Part shown: piece by piece, positions 49,890 through 59,574 of the stretch
How the letters are laid out: each line of letters opens with the position of its first letter
How positions within the stretch are numbered: position 1 is the stretch's first letter
Assembly (NCBI GenBank): GCA_964546655.1
Contig: CAZJKL010000007.1
Coordinates: 4,838-68,837, forward strand
Source of the DNA: an uncultured Bacteroidales bacterium
GTDB lineage: Bacteria; Bacteroidota; Bacteroidia; Bacteroidales; CAZJKL01
Length of the DNA: 64,000 nucleotides
Reading direction: 5' to 3'
Made by a program: the position numbers and the translations under genes
Notes under the pieces: generated by a model
Databases searched by the model: none
What the model saw: only the letters and a program-made list of their open reading frames with translations
What the model was told of the DNA's origin: nothing

Positions 49890-51434
49890 ATGTCTTTAAA
49901 ATCAAAAATTTTAGAACTTAGAAAGAAAAAAGAAGAAATTTCTTTAGGTGGAGGAGAAAGTGCAATGAAGAAGCAGGCAGCTATGGGGAAACTTACAGCT
50001 CGTGAAAGAATTCTTTATTTACTTGATCCTGACTCTTTTCAAGAATATGATATGTTTGCAGAACACGAAGCTCGTGATTTTGACATGGACAAGAAGATAT
50101 TACACGGTGATGGTGTAATCATTGGAACAGGAACTATTTATGGAGCAAATGTATGTGTATATGCTCAAGATTTTACAGTAGCAGGTGGTTCTTTAGGATT
50201 AATGCATGCAAGGAAAATTACAAAAATAATGGATCATGCGATGAAAATGCAAGTTCCTATTATTGGTATTAATGATTCAGGTGGTGCTAGAATTCAAGAA
50301 GGCGTTAACTCATTAGCTGGTTACGGTGAAATATTCTATCGTAATACTATTTCTTCTGGTGTAATTCCTCAAATATCTGTAATATTAGGCCCTTGTGCTG
50401 GTGGAGCAGTTTATTCTCCAGCATTAACTGACTTCGTTTTTGTGGTTGAAAACATTTCTAAAATGTTTATTACTGGACCTGAAGTTATAAAAACTGTTTT
50501 GGGCGAAGAAATTACAATGGAAGAACTTGGCGGTGCTAGAGTTCATTGTGAAATTTCTGGTAATGCTCATTTCTTTGCAAAAAGCGAACAAGAATGTTTA
50601 GATCAAATTAAAGAGCTTATTACTTATATTCCTTGGAATAACACTAAAAAAGCAATGCGTTTTGACCCAAAACCTCCTAAAAAAGAATATAAAATTGAAA
50701 GCATAATTCCAAGTGATCCTAAAAAACCTTATGATGTTAAAGATGTTATAAAAGCAATTAGTGATGACTCTGCATTTTTAGAAGTTCAACAACTTTTTGC
50801 TGATAATATTGTTATTGGATTTGGTAGAATAAACGGAGATACTGTAGGTTTTGTAGCTAATCAACCATTAGTGCTCGCTGGTGTTTTAGACATAAACTCT
50901 TCAGATAAAGCAGCTAGATTTGTTAGATATTGTAATGCTTTTAATATCCCTTTAATTACTTTAGTTGATTTACCTGGTTATTTACCTGGTATTGACCAAG
51001 AACACAATGGTGTTATTAGACACGGAGCAAAATTATTATATTCATTTAGCGAAGCATCTGTTCCTAAAATAACTGTTATTTTAAGAAAAGCGTATGGTGG
51101 AGGTTATATAGCAATGAACTCTAGTCATTTAAGAGCTGATTTCGTTTTTGCATGGCCAACAGCTGAGATTGCAGTTATGGGACCTGAAGGAGCTGCTAAT
51201 ATTATTTTCAGAAAAGAAATAATGGAAGCTGAAAATCCTGATGAAATGAGAAAACAAAAAGTTGCTGAATACAAGAAGAAATTTGCTAATCCTTACGTTG
51301 CAGCGGCTAAAGGTTATATTGATACTGTTTTAGATCCAAGAGAAACCAGAAAAATGCTTATTCATGCATTAGATGTTTCTAAAAACAAAACCGTTCTAAG
51401 ACCAAATAAAAAACATGGAATACCTCCTTTTTAA
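49890..51434 (+). CDS. Acyl-CoA carboxyltransferase subunit (propionyl-CoA carboxylase beta / methylmalonyl-CoA decarboxylase alpha family)
   Basis: GKLTARERI, GGSLG, DSGGARIQEG, PGYLPG and RKAYGGGY motifs. Length is 514 aa. Confidence 0.9.
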   Translation: MSLKSKILELRKKKEEISLGGGESAMKKQAAMGKLTARERILYLLDPDSFQEYDMFAEHEARDFDMDKKILHGDGVIIGTGTIYGANVCVYAQDFTVAGGSLGLMHARKITKIMDHAMKMQVPIIGINDSGGARIQEGVNSLAGYGEIFYRNTISSGVIPQISVILGPCAGGAVYSPALTDFVFVVENISKMFITGPEVIKTVLGEEITMEELGGARVHCEISGNAHFFAKSEQECLDQIKELITYIPWNNTKKAMRFDPKPPKKEYKIESIIPSDPKKPYDVKDVIKAISDDSAFLEVQQLFADNIVIGFGRINGDTVGFVANQPLVLAGVLDINSSDKAARFVRYCNAFNIPLITLVDLPGYLPGIDQEHNGVIRHGAKLLYSFSEASVPKITVILRKAYGGGYIAMNSSHLRADFVFAWPTAEIAVMGPEGAANIIFRKEIMEAENPDEMRKQKVAEYKKKFANPYVAAAKGYIDTVLDPRETRKMLIHALDVSKNKTVLRPNKKHGIPPF

Positions 51435-51459
51435 TCTTATTTTAAATTATTGAAAAATT

Positions 51460-51792
51460 ATGGAAGAAAATAATATAGAAAAACAATACGACACAAAGGA
51501 ATTTAGGATTTTCGAAGCTAGATATTGGACTAATTTTAATGCTTATTATTTAATGCGTAAGCCTTGGGAAAGACCAAATCCAAATGTTGTTAAGGCCTTA
51601 ATTCCTGGCTCAATTGTTAAATTAAACTTCAAAGAAGGACAACAAGTAAAAAAAGGACAAAAAGTTCTTATCCTTGAAGCTATGAAAATGCAAAATAACA
51701 TTGTTTCTCCTGTTTCAGGTACAGTAAAGAAAATTAGTGTTATTGAAACTCAATCTGTAGCTAAAGGAGATATTTTATTTGAAATTGAATAA
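51460..51792 (+). CDS. Biotin carboxyl carrier / biotinyl-domain protein
   Basis: LILEAMKMQNNI biotinylation motif (EAMKM) in a C-terminal lipoyl-like fold. Confidence 0.8.
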   Translation: MEENNIEKQYDTKEFRIFEARYWTNFNAYYLMRKPWERPNPNVVKALIPGSIVKLNFKEGQQVKKGQKVLILEAMKMQNNIVSPVSGTVKKISVIETQSVAKGDILFEIE

Positions 51793-51821
51793 AAAAACTT
51801 TTTTTATAAAAAATATTATTA

Positions 51822-51829
51822 TAAATTTG
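51822..51829 (+). promoter_or_regulatory. -7 promoter box TAAATTTG
   Basis: TAnnTTTG match 29 nt upstream of the rpmA ATG. Confidence 0.45.
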
Positions 51830-51858
51830 CACTTTGTTAAAAAAATAAATTAAAAGTT

Positions 51859-52119
51859 ATGGCACACAAGAAAGGAGTTGGTAGCTCGAATAATGGTAGA
51901 GAATCAGAAAGCAAGCGATTAGGCGTTAAAATATACGGAGGTCAATATGCTCAAGCAGGAAATATTATTGTAAGACAAAGAGGTACAAAACATTTTCCAG
52001 ATAAAAATGTTGGAATTGGAAAAGACCATACTTTATTTGCTCTTGAAAATGGTATTGTAATTTTTAAAAAGAAAAAAGATAACAAATCTTTTGTTTCTAT
52101 TGAACCATTAGTAAACTAA
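51859..52119 (+). CDS. rpmA: 50S ribosomal protein L27
   Basis: [24 protein letters not shown]...IIVRQRGTK is the canonical L27 sequence. Confidence 0.97.
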   Translation: MAHKKGVGSSNNGRESESKRLGVKIYGGQYAQAGNIIVRQRGTKHFPDKNVGIGKDHTLFALENGIVIFKKKKDNKSFVSIEPLVN

Positions 52120-52147
52120 ATAATATTAATAATAATATTTTAAAATC

Positions 52148-52179
52148 ACCTGACTTGTATTTTTATAAGTCAGGTTTTT
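52148..52179 (+). terminator. Rho-independent terminator after rpmA
   Basis: 9-bp stem ACCTGACTT/AAGTCAGGT with a 10-nt loop, followed by TTTTTG. Confidence 0.65.
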
Positions 52180-52208
52180 GTATTTTTACATATCTAAAAG
52201 ATTAAGCT

Positions 52209-53477
52209 ATGTTAAATGTAAGTAGAATTAGAGAAAACAAAGACGAAATAATTCAAAGCCTATCAAAAAAAGGATTTAATAATTCAACCATAATCAATGA
52301 TATTATTACTGCAGACAATGATCGTAAGTCTATACAAAAACAACTAGACGACATATTATCTGAATCAAATATTATTGCTAAAACAATAGCCGAACTTTAT
52401 AAAAACAAACAAGTTGAAGAAGCTAATGATTATAAAAATAAATCATTGAAGCTTAAAGATATATCAAAAGAATTAAACGAAAAGCTTAAACAAACCGAAG
52501 ATAAATTAACCGATTTATTAATTAAAGTTCCAAATGTACCACACAAAGATGTGCCTTCTGGAAAAAGTGCCGAAGATAATGTTATTGTAACTTCTTATGG
52601 CGAAATTCCTTCTTTGCAAAATAAAGTTCCTCATTGGGAGCTAACACAAAAATATGATTTAATTAATTTTGAATTAGGAAACAAAATTACAGGTGCAGGT
52701 TTTCCTTTATATAAAGACAAAGGAGCTAAACTTCAAAGAGCTTTAATTAATTTTTTCATTGATGAGGCCTCTGAAAACGGTTATACTGAATATTTGCCAC
52801 CTCTTCTTGTTAATCAAGAATCGGCTTATGCTACCGGACAACTTCCTGATAAAGACGGTCAAATGTACTTTGTTAATGAAGATAATCTTTATTTGATTCC
52901 AACAGCTGAAGTACCTATTACTAATATACACCGAGATGTAATTTATCGTAAAGAAGAGTTACCTATTAAAAATGTTGCTTATTCTGCTTGTTTTAGGAGA
53001 GAAGCGGGTTCTTATGGTAAAGATGTTAGAGGATTAAACAGATTGCATCAATTTGATAAAGTTGAGATTGTTCAGATTGTTGAACCAGAAAACTCATATA
53101 AAGTTTTAGATGAAATGGTTGAATATGTTTCTTCTTTACTTAAAAAATTAAACTTACCTTTTAGAGTTCTTAGATTATGTGGCGGTGATTTAAGTTTTAC
53201 GTCTGCATTAACTTATGATTTTGAGGTTTATTCTGCTGGACAAGAAAAATGGCTAGAAGTTAGTTCGGTTTCTAATTTTGAAGATTATCAAGCTAATAGA
53301 TTAAAGCTACGAATGAAAGATGGAAACTCAAAAGCTACTATACTTCATACTCTTAATGGAAGTGCTTTAGCTTTGCCTAGAATAATGGCTTCTATAATCG
53401 AAAACAACTATACAAATGATGGTATTAATATACCTGAATGTTTAACTAAATATACTTCATTTAATAAAATAAACTAA
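52209..53477 (+). CDS. serS: Seryl-tRNA synthetase
   Basis: N-terminal coiled-coil arm and class II motifs (FRREAGSYGKDVRGLNRLHQFDKVE; GSALALPR). Confidence 0.95.
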   Translation: MLNVSRIRENKDEIIQSLSKKGFNNSTIINDIITADNDRKSIQKQLDDILSESNIIAKTIAELYKNKQVEEANDYKNKSLKLKDISKELNEKLKQTEDKLTDLLIKVPNVPHKDVPSGKSAEDNVIVTSYGEIPSLQNKVPHWELTQKYDLINFELGNKITGAGFPLYKDKGAKLQRALINFFIDEASENGYTEYLPPLLVNQESAYATGQLPDKDGQMYFVNEDNLYLIPTAEVPITNIHRDVIYRKEELPIKNVAYSACFRREAGSYGKDVRGLNRLHQFDKVEIVQIVEPENSYKVLDEMVEYVSSLLKKLNLPFRVLRLCGGDLSFTSALTYDFEVYSAGQEKWLEVSSVSNFEDYQANRLKLRMKDGNSKATILHTLNGSALALPRIMASIIENNYTNDGINIPECLTKYTSFNKIN

Positions 53478-53478
53478 A

Positions 53479-54024
53479 ATGAGAACATTAGCCTTTTTCT
53501 TAATTCTTTCAACTTTTTTGTTTTCTTGTGCTCCAAATTTTACTGAAGAAAAAAAAGAAGTTGATGATTTTAATAAGATTCTTGACAAATCAGATTCTTT
53601 GTTTTTTTCTATTCCTAAAGAAGACGTTTATAATCGGTTAAATATTTATGAATCTAATTTAAATAGAATAAGAGAAAATGCTCCTGATTCAATTGACATG
53701 GAAATGAGTGCAATTGTTAATAGATGCAAATTAATAAAAAAACCTTTTAAACACTTTTTAGGTAACTACGAGAAATATCGTAAAGAAGTTGATTTATCTA
53801 GAGATCAATTAAACAATTTATATCATGATTTGGAGATAAGAGTTATGAAAAAAGATTCTTTTTATTATTATCTTGAAATGGAAAAAGAATATATAGTTAA
53901 TTTATCTAATGAGATGGAGTCTAATGCAAAAGATGTTATTAATTTGATTAAGAATTTTGACACTTTAAATCCTTTACTTGAAGTAAAAATTAAAAATATT
54001 GAAAACAGCAAGAAAATTGAATAA
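53479..54024 (+). CDS. Lipoprotein of unknown function
   Basis: Signal peptide plus lipobox (FLFSCAP). It is tightly packed between serS and the TPR gene. Confidence 0.5.
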   Translation: MRTLAFFLILSTFLFSCAPNFTEEKKEVDDFNKILDKSDSLFFSIPKEDVYNRLNIYESNLNRIRENAPDSIDMEMSAIVNRCKLIKKPFKHFLGNYEKYRKEVDLSRDQLNNLYHDLEIRVMKKDSFYYYLEMEKEYIVNLSNEMESNAKDVINLIKNFDTLNPLLEVKIKNIENSKKIE

Positions 54025-54026
54025 AA

Positions 54027-55853
54027 ATGAAATTTAAGTGGGGTGTTATATTATTTATTCTGCTTATATTTTTATTAAATCCTACTTTTTCTCAATCATC
54101 TAAAACGGTTGAAGAGCAATTAGCTTCTCAATATTTTCAAAATAAAGAATACGATAAAGCCGTAGAAATTTACGATAAATTATTTGACAAAGAACCAACT
54201 GTTTATTTTTACAACCAGTATTTATCGTGTTTAATTGAATTAAAAGACTACGAAAAAGCTGAAAAAATTCTAAAAAGTTTAATAAAGAAAAACGAAGATA
54301 CTCCTGTATATCAAATTGATTTAGGTTACGTATATTCTCTTTCAGGAAAAGAAGACAAATCAAAAAATCAATACGAATATTGTATTAAAAATGTTGATTT
54401 ATATAATCCAATAATATTATCAGAAGCTTTTATTAAAAGAAAAGAATATAAATATGCTTTAAAGACTTTACTTAAAAGCAGAGAAACCTCGAATAATGGA
54501 TATTATTTTGAAATAGCTAAATTGTATGGTTTAATTGGCGAAATTTCTTCTGAAATCGAAGAATATGTAAAATCTATTGACGCTGATTATTCAAACATTA
54601 ACATTGTTAAGCCTATTTTACAAGATAAAATTTTATTAGATGACCCTAATAATGATAAATATAATTATTTAAAAAATTTATTATATAAAAATGCCTTGAA
54701 AAATAGTTCGAATCCTGTTTATGAAGAACTTTTAATATGGCTTTATATTCAACATAAAGATTTTGAAAATGCCTTTCTTTTTGCCAAAGCTCTTGATAAA
54801 AGGTATAAAGAAGAAGGTGAAAAACTTTATGAATTAGGTAATATTGCTTATGAAAATAAAGATTATAAAATAGCTGAAGAGTCTTACAATTATGTTATTT
54901 CTAAAGGTAAAGATTCGTATTTATATGTTGATGCAAAAATTTCTCTTTTAGATATGTTAAAAGAGAAAACTACCTCTAAAGAATTTGATGAAGTTGAGCT
55001 TAATAAACTTGAAAAACTGTATTCAAATACTTTGGATGAGTTTGGAATAAATATAAAAACGATTCAATTATGCATAAATTTATCGGACATTAAAGCGTTT
55101 TATCTTAATAAAATTGATGAATCTATTAATTTATTAGATAGTGTTATTGCTAATCACAATAATTTTCCTCAAGATTTACTTGCTAATTGCAAAATGGAAC
55201 TTGCAAGTGTTTATATTTTAAATAATGATATTTGGGATGCAAAACTTTTGTATGGTCAAGTTGAATTAGATTTTAATGATGATGTTTTAGGTCAAGAAGC
55301 AAAATATTTAAATGCTAAATTATCTTATTATATTGGTGATTTTAACTGGGCTTTAGCAAAACTAAATGTTTTAAAAGCTTCAACATCTAAACTAATTTCA
55401 AATGATGCACTTGAGTTATCTTTGGTTATATCTGATAATATAGCCAACGACACTTCTAATATTAATTCATTAAGAATGTTTGCAAGAGCTGATTTAAAAA
55501 TATTTCAAAAAAAGTATTCAGAAGCGGTTGTAATTTTAGATTCAATTTCTAATGAAAAGGGATATAACACATTAAATGATGATATAATGTTTAAAAAAGC
55601 AAACATTAATGAATTTAATAAAAATTATGAAACAGCTTTACTCTTATATGATTCAATTTATAAAAACTATAAATATGAACTTTTAGCTGATGATGCTTTA
55701 TTTAAAATGGCAAGTATCTACGAAAACAAAACATTTAACAATGAAAAAGCAACAGAATTATATAAAGAGCTTTTTATGACTTTTCCTGATAGTATTTTAT
55801 CGAATGAAGCAAAACGAAGATATAGATTATTGACAAAAAATAATATTAATTAA
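54027..55853 (+). CDS. TPR-repeat protein with a signal peptide
   Basis: N-terminal signal sequence and multiple TPR-like helical repeats (YFQNKEYDKAVEIYDKL...). Confidence 0.6.
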   Translation: MKFKWGVILFILLIFLLNPTFSQSSKTVEEQLASQYFQNKEYDKAVEIYDKLFDKEPTVYFYNQYLSCLIELKDYEKAEKILKSLIKKNEDTPVYQIDLGYVYSLSGKEDKSKNQYEYCIKNVDLYNPIILSEAFIKRKEYKYALKTLLKSRETSNNGYYFEIAKLYGLIGEISSEIEEYVKSIDADYSNINIVKPILQDKILLDDPNNDKYNYLKNLLYKNALKNSSNPVYEELLIWLYIQHKDFENAFLFAKALDKRYKEEGEKLYELGNIAYENKDYKIAEESYNYVISKGKDSYLYVDAKISLLDMLKEKTTSKEFDEVELNKLEKLYSNTLDEFGINIKTIQLCINLSDIKAFYLNKIDESINLLDSVIANHNNFPQDLLANCKMELASVYILNNDIWDAKLLYGQVELDFNDDVLGQEAKYLNAKLSYYIGDFNWALAKLNVLKASTSKLISNDALELSLVISDNIANDTSNINSLRMFARADLKIFQKKYSEAVVILDSISNEKGYNTLNDDIMFKKANINEFNKNYETALLLYDSIYKNYKYELLADDALFKMASIYENKTFNNEKATELYKELFMTFPDSILSNEAKRRYRLLTKNNIN

Positions 55854-55854
55854 T

Positions 55855-56610
55855 ATGTATGTTAACCCAAAAAAAAGGCTAGGACAGCATTTTCTTATTG
55901 ATGAAGGAATTGCCGAGAAAATTGTAACTAGTCTGTTAAAGCCGAACAATAATCTTATAGAAATTGGACCTGGAACAGGTGTTTTAACAAAATATTTATT
56001 TAATGAAAATCGCAATAATTTTTTTATTATTGATATTGACGAAGAGTCTATTGAATTCTTAAAAACTAAGTATAAGGCTTTTGAAAATAATATTATTCAA
56101 GGGGATTTTTTACATTATAATATGGAAAAAATATTTCCAGATAACTTTTCTATAATTGGCAATTTCCCTTATAATATTTCAACTCAAATTTTATTTAAAG
56201 TTTTTGAAAACAGAAATAAGGTTGATGAACTTGTTGGAATGTTTCAGAAAGAGGTTGCCGAAAGAATTTGTTCAAAACCAAATAGCAGAAAATATGGTAT
56301 TTTAAGTGTTTTTATCCAAGCTTTTTATACTACCGAATATTTATTTACGGTTAATGAAAATGTTTTTAATCCACCACCAAAAGTTAAGTCGGGAGTTATT
56401 AGGTTAACCCGAAACCAGACAAAAGAATTAAATTGTGATGAAAAATTATTTATTGCTGTTGTAAAAACGGCATTTAATCAAAGACGAAAAACAATAAGAA
56501 ACTCGTTAAAGTCAATGTTAAACAATACTATATCTCCTTTTGACAATAATAGAGCTGAGGATTTATCGGTTAATGACTTTGAGATACTTACAAACTTGAT
56601 TCAACAATAA
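55855..56610 (+). CDS. rsmA: 16S rRNA (adenine1518/1519-N6)-dimethyltransferase
   Basis: KKRLGQHFL, EIGPGTGVLT, GNFPYNIST and PPPKVKSGV motifs. Confidence 0.92.
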   Translation: MYVNPKKRLGQHFLIDEGIAEKIVTSLLKPNNNLIEIGPGTGVLTKYLFNENRNNFFIIDIDEESIEFLKTKYKAFENNIIQGDFLHYNMEKIFPDNFSIIGNFPYNISTQILFKVFENRNKVDELVGMFQKEVAERICSKPNSRKYGILSVFIQAFYTTEYLFTVNENVFNPPPKVKSGVIRLTRNQTKELNCDEKLFIAVVKTAFNQRRKTIRNSLKSMLNNTISPFDNNRAEDLSVNDFEILTNLIQQ

Positions 56611-56656
56611 TTGATGTTTTATGTATATATTATATTGTTTAATTTGTAAATAAAAA

Positions 56657-56800
56657 CACCGTAGGTGTGATATTATGGTAATAAACAAATACTGAAAATA
56701 TATTAAAGCTCCGTAGGAGCAACACATTATAATGTCGCCACTCTGTGGCTTTATTGGCATAGGATATCCAATTATTACCATAATGTCGTCGCTACGCGAC
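56657..56800. repeat. Nested dyad-symmetric element made of four 5-bp/3-nt-loop hairpins plus 16-nt complementary arms
   Basis: Hairpins at 56657-56667 (CACC GTA GGTG), 56708-56720 (GCTCC GTA GGAGC), 56737-56749 (GCCAC TCT GTGGC) and 56788-56800 (GTCGC TAC GCGAC). The arms at 56669-56684 and 56772-56787 are complementary (16 bp, one G-U). The central palindrome ACATTATAATGT is at 56724-56735. Confidence 0.7.
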
Positions 56801-56979
56801 TTGTTATTAGAGGTAATTTTGTCAATAGTTCAGGATTACAAATAAAAAAACAGAGTTAATGATTCGATGTTTAATGGTTTTTTTCTATTGCGTAATCTAG
56901 GTTTAATCAATAATTTAAATATTATTTTATCTATTATATCTTAAGGCGTTGGCATAGCTCTTTTTAATTACTAATAAAT

Positions 56980-57750
56980 TTACAACAAAAACTCTTTCAC
57001 AAATTTTTGTGTTGCTTTTTCAATATTGTTTTCGGTTGACAATTCTTTTATGTATTGTGTTCCTACAATAGCTCCGTTTGCATAATTACAAACTTCATTA
57101 AAAGTTTTTTTGTTATTTATTCCAAACCCAACCATTAAAGGCTTTTTTGTTGCTTTTTTAACTCTATTAAAATATTCTTTTTGTTTGTGATTAAATTCTA
57201 ATTTATTGCCTGTTGTTGTTGAGCTTGAAACCACATAAATAAAACCTTTGCTTTCTTTAACAATTTGTTTTAACCTATATTCATCTGTTTCGGGTGTTAC
57301 AAGAAAAATAGGATACAATTTTGTTTTACTGAATAATTTTTTATAGTCTTTTTTATATTCAAATAAAGGTAAATCAGGAAGAATTACACCATCTATTCCA
57401 ACTTTATCACAATGTTCACAAAAGTTTTCTTTTCCAAAATTAATTATTGTATTTAAATACCCCATTAATACAAGAGGAATATTGGTTTGTTTTCTAATTT
57501 CTTTTAATTGATTAAACAATTTTTTTAATGACATTCCATTTTCTATGGCAGTATGACTACTTTTTTGAATAACTGGACCATCGGCTAATGGATCAGAATA
57601 AGGCATACCAATTTCTATTAAATCTACACCTAATTTTTCGAGTTGTAAAATTATTTTAATTGTATCATCAAGATTAGGGAACCCTGCAGTAAAATATACC
57701 GATAATATATTGGTTTGCTTGGTTTTAAATAAAGTATCTATTCTATTCAT
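56980..57750 (-). CDS. trpA: Tryptophan synthase alpha chain
   Basis: YFTAGFP, ELGMPYSDPLADGPVIQ-like (IEIGMPYSDPLADGPVIQ) and GFGI motifs. Confidence 0.93.
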   Translation of the reverse strand: MNRIDTLFKTKQTNILSVYFTAGFPNLDDTIKIILQLEKLGVDLIEIGMPYSDPLADGPVIQKSSHTAIENGMSLKKLFNQLKEIRKQTNIPLVLMGYLNTIINFGKENFCEHCDKVGIDGVILPDLPLFEYKKDYKKLFSKTKLYPIFLVTPETDEYRLKQIVKESKGFIYVVSSSTTTGNKLEFNHKQKEYFNRVKKATKKPLMVGFGINNKKTFNEVCNYANGAIVGTQYIKELSTENNIEKATQKFVKEFLL

Positions 57751-58942
57751 TTTTGTTTTTTTCTATGTAATTAATAAATGTATCAATATCCTTATCTCCT
57801 CTTCCCGAAAGGTTTATAACAACAACATCATCTTTTTTGAGCTTAAGTTTTTCAATAGCAGCAATAGCATGAGAAGATTCGATGGCAGGTATAATTCCTT
57901 CTTGTCTAGTAAGCAATACCCCAGCAATCATTGCTTCTTCATCGGTAATACTTATTGTTTTAGCCCTACCTGTTTTTGATAAGTTAGCATGAATTGGACC
58001 TATCCCTGGATAATCTAATCCTGCCGAAATAGAATATGGTTCGGTTACTTGGCCATTTTCATCTTGCATAACAATAGTTTTGCTTCCATGCAAAATACCA
58101 TTACTTCCTAATGCTATTGTTGCTGCCGAATGCCCTGAATTTAAACCTAATCCGGCAGCCTCAACCATAACAAGATTAACTTTTGTATTTTTAATAAAGC
58201 TATAAAAAGCACCCGCAGCATTGCTTCCTCCGCCAACACATGCAACAATATAATTAGGGTAATTTTTGCCTGTTTGCTTTTTTAACTGAACCGATATTTC
58301 TTTACTTATCACCGACTGAAATCTCGCAACCATATCTGGATATGGATGAGGGCCAACTACAGAACCAATAATATAATGTGTATCATTTGGATTATTAATC
58401 CAATCTCTAATTGTTTCATTAACAGCATCTTTTAAAGTCATATTGCCTGATATAACTGGAATCACTTTGGCTCCAAGCATTTCCATTCTTTTTACATTTG
58501 GCATCTGCCTTTCAATATCGGTTTTTCCCATATATACAATGCACTCAAGACCCATTAATGCACAAACGGTTGCAGTTGCAACTCCATGTTGACCGGCTCC
58601 TGTTTCTGCAATTATTCTTTTTTTACCAAGTCTTTGTGCCAGTAAAATTTGACCAACTGTATTGTTTATTTTATGTGCTCCAGTATGATTTAAATCTTCT
58701 CTTTTTAGATAAATTTGGCATTTATATTTATCACTTAAGCTTTTAGATAAATACAAAGGAGTTGGTCTTCCGACATAGTTTTTCAGTAAATAATCAAAGT
58801 CTTTTTTAAATGTTTTGTCGTTAATTATTTTTAAATAATTGCTTTTAAGTTCTTCAACATTTTTAAAAAGCATTTCGGGAATAAAAGCTCCTCCGTACTC
58901 ACCGTAGTAGCCATTTTTAGTTATATTAAAGTTATTTTTCAT
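57743..58942 (-). CDS. trpB: Tryptophan synthase beta chain
   Basis: LKREDLNHTGAHKINN (PLP Lys), GAGQHG and GGGSNA motifs. Confidence 0.96.
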   Translation of the reverse strand: MKNNFNITKNGYYGEYGGAFIPEMLFKNVEELKSNYLKIINDKTFKKDFDYLLKNYVGRPTPLYLSKSLSDKYKCQIYLKREDLNHTGAHKINNTVGQILLAQRLGKKRIIAETGAGQHGVATATVCALMGLECIVYMGKTDIERQMPNVKRMEMLGAKVIPVISGNMTLKDAVNETIRDWINNPNDTHYIIGSVVGPHPYPDMVARFQSVISKEISVQLKKQTGKNYPNYIVACVGGGSNAAGAFYSFIKNTKVNLVMVEAAGLGLNSGHSAATIALGSNGILHGSKTIVMQDENGQVTEPYSISAGLDYPGIGPIHANLSKTGRAKTISITDEEAMIAGVLLTRQEGIIPAIESSHAIAAIEKLKLKKDDVVVINLSGRGDKDIDTFINYIEKNKNE

Positions 58943-59550
58943 AATTCATTTATAAATTTATTTATCATATTAATATCTTTATAACCAGGTTTAATTTCAA
59001 ATTTGCTATTTATATCTATTCCATATAAATTTTCAATTTTCAATTTTTTAATTAAGTCAATATCATTTATTTCTATTCCACCACTTAAAAAAAAAGGTGT
59101 TTTAATATCTTTATCATTTAAAATATTCCAATTAAATTTTACACCTGTTCCGCCATAATCGCAACTTTTAGTATCAAATAAAAAATATTTTACATATTCA
59201 GAATATTCATTCAAAATATTAAAGTCAAAAGTTTCATCAATGCCAAAAGCCTTTATAATATTAACTCCTATTTTATTTAATTTGCCACAATAACCAGCAT
59301 CTTCATTTCCGTGTAATTGGACATAATCAAAATTGTTTTTCAAATATATTTCATTAACCACTTCAATTTTTTCATCAACAAAAACAGCTACTTTTTTAAT
59401 TTTATCATTTACATTTTTCAAACACTCAAAATTGCTTTTAAAATATCTTTTTGAATATGGATAAAAAATAAAACCCATATAATTAATATTTAGTTTACTT
59501 ACATCTTCAATATTATCAGGATATTTTAATCCACAAACTTTAATTTTCAT
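58939..59550 (-). CDS. trpF: Phosphoribosylanthranilate isomerase
   Basis: MKIKVCGLK..., QLHGNE and GGTG motifs. It overlaps trpB by 4 nt. Confidence 0.9.
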   Translation of the reverse strand: MKIKVCGLKYPDNIEDVSKLNINYMGFIFYPYSKRYFKSNFECLKNVNDKIKKVAVFVDEKIEVVNEIYLKNNFDYVQLHGNEDAGYCGKLNKIGVNIIKAFGIDETFDFNILNEYSEYVKYFLFDTKSCDYGGTGVKFNWNILNDKDIKTPFFLSGGIEINDIDLIKKLKIENLYGIDINSKFEIKPGYKDINMINKFINEL

Positions 59551-59574
59551 AAGTATTATGTTTTCGATTAATTT

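Noticed and set aside
56563-56781. 72-aa minus-strand ORF spanning the rsmA 3' end and the hairpin element
   Set aside because: It overlaps the rsmA coding end and is built from the palindromic repeats. Similar repeat-derived pseudo-ORFs are typical annotation artefacts.
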